Assembly (NCBI RefSeq): GCF_016908635.1
Contig: NZ_JAFBEG010000002.1
Location: 83,725-115,724, forward strand
DNA: 32,000 nt
Reading direction: 5' to 3'
Origin: Sporohalobacter salinus
Lineage (GTDB): Bacteria > Bacillota > Halanaerobiia > Halobacteroidales > Acetohalobiaceae
Numbering within the stretch: position 1 is the stretch's first letter; every line of letters begins with the position of its first letter. Below the pieces are notes generated by a model. That model saw only the letters and a program-made list of their open reading frames with translations, made no database searches and had not been told where the DNA came from. Below are positions 26,782 to 32,000 of this stretch, in pieces. The translations under genes were made by a program, and so were the position numbers.

Positions 26782-27594
26782 ATGAAAGAAGTTAATAAGC
26801 AAAGCAATGTTCTTCACATATCTGAGGTGCATGAAACAGCAATTGTTAAATCGGGAGCTAAGATAGGGAAAGATGTAGAAATTGGTCCTTACAGTATCAT
26901 TGGAGAGAATGTTAAGATTGGTGAAGGTACAAAAATAGGTTCTCATGTAGTGATAGATGGCTGGACTGAGATTGGAAAGAATAATGAAATCTTTACCGGG
27001 GCTTCTATTGGGATGGAACCGCAGGATTTAAAATTTGATGGGGAAAAAAGTTTTTTAGCAATTGGAGACAATAATACAATTCGTGAGTATGCAACTATTC
27101 ATCGAGGAACTGAAGAAGGCGGGCTCGAAACAAAGATTGGTAATAATAACTTGATTATGGCCTACTGTCATGTGGCTCATGATTGTAAATTAGGTAATAA
27201 TATAAGGATGGCTAATGCCACTAATTTAGCTGGTCATGTGATAGTTGAAGATTCAGCAGTGATTTCAGGTTTAGTAGGTGTTCACCAATTTGTTAGAATT
27301 GGTAGAATGGCAATGGTAGGAGCTAATTCTAAAGTAGTTAAAGATATTCCGCCTTATATTTTAGTTGATGGTCATCCGGCGGCTGTTAGTGGAATAAATG
27401 TAGTTGGGTTAAGAAGAAATGGTGTCGAGCCGGAGTTGAGGAAAGAAATCAAACAAGCATATAAATATCTATATCGGTCAAGTCTAAACATTTCACAGGC
27501 AGTTGAGAAGATGGATCAAGAATTAGATAGCAGTCCTGAAATTGAGCATTTCTTACGATTCTTGCGTAATGCCCAGCGTGGAATTTGCAGATAG
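26782..27594 (+). CDS. lpxA: Acyl-ACP--UDP-N-acetylglucosamine O-acyltransferase
   Basis: Hexapeptide-repeat LpxA: QDLKFDGEKSFLAIGDNNTIREYATIHRGTEEGG...NNNLIMAYCHVAHDCKLGNNIRMANATNLAGHVIVEDSAVISGLVGVHQFVRIG. Confidence 0.97.
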   Translation: MKEVNKQSNVLHISEVHETAIVKSGAKIGKDVEIGPYSIIGENVKIGEGTKIGSHVVIDGWTEIGKNNEIFTGASIGMEPQDLKFDGEKSFLAIGDNNTIREYATIHRGTEEGGLETKIGNNNLIMAYCHVAHDCKLGNNIRMANATNLAGHVIVEDSAVISGLVGVHQFVRIGRMAMVGANSKVVKDIPPYILVDGHPAAVSGINVVGLRRNGVEPELRKEIKQAYKYLYRSSLNISQAVEKMDQELDSSPEIEHFLRFLRNAQRGICR

Positions 27595-27613
27595 ATTTTT
27601 TAGGAGGATAAGA

Positions 27614-28414
27614 ATGAATAAAGTAGGACTGATTGCCGGTAACGGGAGATTACCGCTTTATTTTGCTCAGGCGGCTAAGGATAGAAATGACGAAGTAGTG
27701 GCTATTAGTGTGACTGAGCAGGCTTTGGTTAATGAGTTAGATTCAATTGTAGATGAAAGTTATGAAATAAGTGTTGGAAAGTTGGATAAATTAATAAATA
27801 AACTGCAAGCGGCAGAAGTTGAAGAAGTGGTAATGGTAGGTAAAGTAAATAAAGATTTAATGTTTACTTTGGAATTTGATGAAAGAATGACTAAATTATT
27901 AATGAATTTGGATGAAAAAAATGATGATACCATTCTGTTGGCTTTAGTTGAGGAATTAGAAAAAGCTGGAATAGAGGTTAAAAAACAGACAACTTATTTA
28001 GAAGATTTACTGTCGCAGTCTGGAACTTTGACTGAAAGTGAGCCGTCTGCAGATATAATTAGTGATATGGAGTTTGGATTTAAGATGGCTAAAGGAATTG
28101 GCGGTCTGGATATTGGTCAGACAGTTGTAGTTAAGGATAGGGCTGTAATAGCAGTAGAAGCTATTGAGGGAACTGATCAAGCTATTTTACGTAGTGGTCA
28201 ATTAGCTGATGGAGTAGTAGCAGCTAAAGTTAGCAAACCAGAGCAGGACTTTAGGTTTGATATTCCTACTGTTGGGAAAAATACAATTAAGAACTTAATT
28301 GAGGTTGGAGCTTCAGGACTTGTGATTGAAGCTAAAAAGACTTTTATTTTAGATCGTAAGGAAGTATGTCAGTTAGCAGATAGAGCAGGAATTCCGATTG
28401 TAGCAATGAGGTGA
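27614..28414 (+). CDS. lpxI: UDP-2,3-diacylglucosamine pyrophosphatase LpxI
   Basis: Start corrected from 27542 to ATG 27614 after TAGGAGG. MNKVGLIAGNGRLPLYFAQAAKDRNDEVVAIS...MVGKVNKDLMF...GIGGLDIGQTVVVKDRAVIAVEAIEGTDQAILR. Confidence 0.94.
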   Translation: MNKVGLIAGNGRLPLYFAQAAKDRNDEVVAISVTEQALVNELDSIVDESYEISVGKLDKLINKLQAAEVEEVVMVGKVNKDLMFTLEFDERMTKLLMNLDEKNDDTILLALVEELEKAGIEVKKQTTYLEDLLSQSGTLTESEPSADIISDMEFGFKMAKGIGGLDIGQTVVVKDRAVIAVEAIEGTDQAILRSGQLADGVVAAKVSKPEQDFRFDIPTVGKNTIKNLIEVGASGLVIEAKKTFILDRKEVCQLADRAGIPIVAMR

Positions 28415-28418
28415 AAAG

Positions 28419-29567
28419 ATGGCAACGGTGTTAGTAGTAGCTGGAGAAGCTTCTGGAGATCTACATGCTGCTCATGTGATTAAAGAGATGAAGAAATTAC
28501 ATTCTGAATTAAATTTTATTGGTCTTGGTGGGGATAAGATGGCTGAGGCCGGGGTTGATATTATCTTTGATCCTACAGAGTTAAGTACTATTGGCTTTGT
28601 AGAGGCGTTAAAACATTTAAGATTGATGTATAAAGTACTGAATCAATTAGAAGAAGTAATTAAAGAATATAAGCCGGATGTAGCTTTGTTAGTTGATTAT
28701 TCTGGTTTTAATTTAAAAGTAGCTAAATTAACTAATAAATATGAAGTTCCTACAGTAAATTATTTTGCTCCTTCAGCCTGGGTTTGGGGTAAGTGGCGGG
28801 CAAAAAAGATGGCTCGTCGTCAGGCTAAGATTGCTTCAGTCTTTCCTATGGAAGCGGAAGTTTATCGTGAAGCTGGAGCAGAAGTTAATTTTGTTGGCCA
28901 TCCTTTATTGGATATAGTTGAGCCTGAATTAACTTCAGAGGAGTTAGCCTGTAGGTTGAATATAAATTCTGATTCGGAAGTAATTGGGATTTTACCTGGT
29001 AGTAGAAAACAGGAAATTGAGAAATTGTTGCCGTCTATGTTAGAAGCGGCTGAAATAATAGCAGCTAAGCGAAAGAAAGTAGAATTTGTTTTGCCGGTAG
29101 CTGAAACAGTCTCTCAACAATTAGTTGAAAGGATAATTAATAATTATCAAGTGGAGATTAAATTAATTTCTGGTTATTCTTATGCTGTTATGGAATTAGC
29201 TCGGCTTCTACTGGTAACTTCTGGAACTGCTACTTTAGAAGCAGCCTGTCTAAATACACCTATGGTTATCACTTATCGAACTTCTCTACTTACCTGGTGG
29301 CTAGGAAAATTATTAGTTAAGATTCCCTATGTTGGATTACCAAATATTATTATGGATAGAGAAGTAGTGCCAGAGCAGCTTCAAGAAGATGTTAGCGGAG
29401 ATAAGATTGCTAAATCTAGTTTAGAGATATTGAATTCAGATAATTATTATCAACAGATTAAGCAAGATTTGTCTCAGGTAGTGACTAAGTTAGGGAATGA
29501 AGGAGCAACTCAGCGGGTAGCTCAGATGGTATTAAAAACTGGAGGAGTGACTATAGATTGGAATTAG
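28419..29567 (+). CDS. lpxB: Lipid-A-disaccharide synthase
   Basis: VVAGEASGDLHAAHVIKEM...FIGLGGDKMAEAGVDIIFD...YFAPSAWVWGKWRAKKMARRQAKIASVFPMEAEVYREAGAEVNFVGHPLLD. Confidence 0.97.
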   Translation: MATVLVVAGEASGDLHAAHVIKEMKKLHSELNFIGLGGDKMAEAGVDIIFDPTELSTIGFVEALKHLRLMYKVLNQLEEVIKEYKPDVALLVDYSGFNLKVAKLTNKYEVPTVNYFAPSAWVWGKWRAKKMARRQAKIASVFPMEAEVYREAGAEVNFVGHPLLDIVEPELTSEELACRLNINSDSEVIGILPGSRKQEIEKLLPSMLEAAEIIAAKRKKVEFVLPVAETVSQQLVERIINNYQVEIKLISGYSYAVMELARLLLVTSGTATLEAACLNTPMVITYRTSLLTWWLGKLLVKIPYVGLPNIIMDREVVPEQLQEDVSGDKIAKSSLEILNSDNYYQQIKQDLSQVVTKLGNEGATQRVAQMVLKTGGVTIDWN

Positions 29568-31294
29568 TTAAACGAATATTGACTTATGTTAAACCTTATC
29601 GGAAACGATTAGTAGCAGCAGTTGCATCAATGATTCTCCATTCCCTGTTAACAATCCTCTTTATTAAAGGTTTCCAAGATTTAATTGATACTATGATCAA
29701 CAATATTTCTAATAGCGGCGAAGGATTTATTAAGTTAAGCTGGGTAGCAGCAGGGATTGTTGTTGTTTATTTCTTTAAGGGAGTTGCTTATTATGGACAG
29801 AAATATTTGACTTCTTATGTAGCCCAGCGGGCAATTATGGATATTAGAAATGATCTTTACCGTCATTTACAGGATCTTTCTTTGAGTTTCTATGATGAGA
29901 TGAAGACAGGACAGATTATGTCGAGAGTAACAAATGATGTAGGTAAATTACAGAGTGCTATTGTTTCGGGAGCAATTAGCATTTTTTATAAAGCCTTTAC
30001 TTTAATTGCCGGGCTTGGTTATTTATTTTATTTAAGTTGGCAGCTTTCACTTGCGGTATTGTTTATCTTTCCACCGGTAACCTATGTATTCATTAAGTAT
30101 AATCGCCGAATAAGAAAAGTAAGCCGCAGGGTGCAAGCCAGAATAGCAGATGTTACTGATATTTTGCAGGAAACGATTACCGGTGTTAGAATAGTTAAGT
30201 CCTTTACTCAGGAAGATTATGAGTATGATAAATTTAGTCAAGAAAATCATGCTAACTTTCGGGCTAATATGAAAAATACACAGTTAAGTGCTAGCTTAAC
30301 ACCAATTGTAGAGATTTTAGCTTCTTTTGTTTTTACTTTTGTTTTATGGTATGGAGGCTACCAGGTGATGAAGGGACAAATGACACCTGGAGAATTACTT
30401 GCTTTCTTTACATTGTTGATTACTATTTCTGGTCCAATTAAATCCCTTAGTAAGTTATCAAGTACTATTCAGAAAGCTTTAGCAGCAGCAGATAGAATCT
30501 TTGAGATTATAGATTTAGAGGTTGAGATTAAGGAGAAGGAAGATGCTATTAAGCTTGAAAAAACTGAGGGTAAAGTGGAGTTTAAGGATGTTTGGTTTAG
30601 TTATAATGAAGAAGAGATGGTCTTAAAAGATATTAATTTAACAGCAAATCCAGGTGAAGTGGTAGCTTTAGTTGGCCCTAGTGGAGCTGGGAAGTCGACT
30701 TTAGTCGATTTAATTCCGAGATTTTATGAGCCCCAGAGCGGAGAGGTATTATTAGATGGATATAATATTGAAGATTTGACTATTAAATCACTACGTAGCA
30801 AGATAGGGATTGTTCCCCAAGATAATATTCTCTTTGGCGGAACTATCGGGGATAATATTGCTTACGGTGATTTAGATAAAGAACAAGAAGAGATTATTAC
30901 AGCAGCTAAAGCAGCTAATGCTCATGACTTTATTATGGAATTTCCTAATGGCTATGATACTAAAATTGGTGAGCGAGGAACCGGATTATCCGGTGGGCAG
31001 CGTCAACGAGTTTCTATTGCTCGAGCTATCTTGAATGATCCTAAGATATTGATTCTTGATGAGGCTACTTCTGATCTCGATACTGAATCAGAAGCCTTAG
31101 TTCAGGAAGCTTTAGATAGATTAATGGAGGAGAGAACGACTTTTGTTATTGCTCATAGGTTGTCCACTATTCTAAATGCTGACAAGATAGTAGTTTTAGA
31201 TGAAGGGGAGATTGTAGAGCAAGGCACACATGAAGAATTATTATCCCAACAAGGTTTATATAGCCATCTTTATGAAATGCAGTTTAATGATTAG
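29558..31294 (+). CDS. msbA: MsbA-like lipid A/ABC exporter with fused TM and ATPase domains
   Basis: Six-TM exporter domain plus NBD (LVGPSGAGKSTLVDLIPRFYEP, LSGGQRQRVSIARAILNDPKILILDEATSDLD); TTG start overlaps lpxB; lpx cluster context. Confidence 0.85.
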   Translation: MELVKRILTYVKPYRKRLVAAVASMILHSLLTILFIKGFQDLIDTMINNISNSGEGFIKLSWVAAGIVVVYFFKGVAYYGQKYLTSYVAQRAIMDIRNDLYRHLQDLSLSFYDEMKTGQIMSRVTNDVGKLQSAIVSGAISIFYKAFTLIAGLGYLFYLSWQLSLAVLFIFPPVTYVFIKYNRRIRKVSRRVQARIADVTDILQETITGVRIVKSFTQEDYEYDKFSQENHANFRANMKNTQLSASLTPIVEILASFVFTFVLWYGGYQVMKGQMTPGELLAFFTLLITISGPIKSLSKLSSTIQKALAAADRIFEIIDLEVEIKEKEDAIKLEKTEGKVEFKDVWFSYNEEEMVLKDINLTANPGEVVALVGPSGAGKSTLVDLIPRFYEPQSGEVLLDGYNIEDLTIKSLRSKIGIVPQDNILFGGTIGDNIAYGDLDKEQEEIITAAKAANAHDFIMEFPNGYDTKIGERGTGLSGGQRQRVSIARAILNDPKILILDEATSDLDTESEALVQEALDRLMEERTTFVIAHRLSTILNADKIVVLDEGEIVEQGTHEELLSQQGLYSHLYEMQFND

Positions 31295-31312
31295 ATCACT
31301 GGAGGATTTGGA

Positions 31313-31960
31313 ATGAAGCGGATTAAGACCTATTTGATTTATCTAGTAGCTTTAATTTTAGTAACGGTGACTAATTTGACTTTGCGTCTACAGGTTACTG
31401 GTGAAAAAAAGGTTAAAAGATTAAAACAGCAAGGAAAGAATTTAATCTTTGCTTTCTGGCATGGTAAAATGCTAGTTCCTATTTATTATCTACGCCATCG
31501 TGGTTATTATGGTTTAGCTAGCCGTAGTAGAGATGGTGAGTATATCAGTAGAGTCTTAAAGAAGCTAGGTTGGAATGTAGTTCGCGGCTCTACTTCTCGT
31601 GGAAGTGTACGAGCATTGTTGAAGTTAATTAAGGTCTTAAAGCAGGGGGAAGATGTTGCTATTACACCTGATGGTCCGCGTGGTCCGCGGCATACCACTA
31701 AAGCTGGTGCTGTTTATTTAGCTAAAAAGAGCAGTGATAGTTTAATTATTCCAATAGGAGTAGCCTTTACTAACAAGAAGGTAATTAACAGCTGGGATCG
31801 ATTTAATCTTCCATATCCATTTACGAAAGGAAGCCTATTTTTTGGAGATCCAATTGAAGTAAGTAGTGATGCTGATGAAGACCAGATAGAAACTAAACGT
31901 AAGCAAGTAGATAATGCATTGAAGACTGCTTTTAAGAAGGCAGAACAATCATTAAATTAA
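31313..31960 (+). CDS. DUF374/lysophospholipid-acyltransferase-family protein, candidate lipid A secondary acyltransferase
   Basis: IFAFWHGKMLVPIYYLRHRGYYGLASRSRDGEYISRVLKKLGWNVVRGSTSRGSVRALLKLIKVLKQGEDVAITPDGPRGPRHTTKAGAVYLAKKS. Confidence 0.88.
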   Translation: MKRIKTYLIYLVALILVTVTNLTLRLQVTGEKKVKRLKQQGKNLIFAFWHGKMLVPIYYLRHRGYYGLASRSRDGEYISRVLKKLGWNVVRGSTSRGSVRALLKLIKVLKQGEDVAITPDGPRGPRHTTKAGAVYLAKKSSDSLIIPIGVAFTNKKVINSWDRFNLPYPFTKGSLFFGDPIEVSSDADEDQIETKRKQVDNALKTAFKKAEQSLN

Positions 31961-31976
31961 TAGGGTGGCTATTAAT

Positions 31977-32000
31977 ATGAATCGAAGCCTAGAAGAATAT
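31977..32000 (+). CDS. Start of a truncated downstream gene (MNRSLEEY...), possibly another lipid A/Kdo gene such as lpxK or waaA
   Basis: ATG with TAGGGTGG upstream and an open frame to the window edge; identity is only inferred from cluster context. Confidence 0.35.

Noticed and set aside
1-32000. CRISPR arrays, tRNA/rRNA genes, transposases, phage or defence modules
   Set aside because: None recognised. There are no regularly spaced repeats, no transposase or integrase ORFs, and intergenic gaps are short. The novelty here lies in envelope and sporulation genes rather than a mobile or defence system.

Overview
The window is one almost entirely plus-strand locus from a spore-forming, flagellated, outer-membrane-bearing Firmicute. 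Halanaerobiales/Halobacteroidaceae-like is my inference from the gene set and AT-rich composition. Three blocks run left to right. (1) A Bacillus-like sporulation and cell-wall segment: atpC, YueI-like, murA, spoIID, a SpoIIQ-like M23 protein, spoIIID, with mbl/mreB missing from its usual place before flhO/flhP. (2) Distal-rod, P-ring and L-ring flagellar genes: flgF, flgG, flgA, flgH, flgI and a FlgJ rod-binding domain, followed by an S55-family protein. (3) An outer-membrane and lipid A biogenesis cluster: TamB/DUF490, BamA, three tandem OmpH/Skp-like genes, lpxD, a YjbH-like barrel, an unusual large permease plus ABC ATPase, lpxC, fabZ, lpxA, lpxI, lpxB, msbA and a DUF374 acyltransferase. 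The strongest candidates for something under-described are: the 823-aa permease with a very large extracytoplasmic coiled-coil domain, a MacB/FtsX-like topology and an EAA-like C-terminal tail, paired with a polar-amino-acid-type ATPase between lpxD and lpxC; the OmpH/Skp triplet with two predicted lipoproteins; an S55 domain whose Ser and His motifs are in swapped order compared with SpoIVB; a SpoIIQ-like protein that keeps zinc ligands but lacks the catalytic-base His; a hairpin sequestering the spoIID ribosome-binding site, combined with a probable AUA start; and a FlgH without a lipobox. No CRISPR, tRNA, rRNA or mobile element was recognised.
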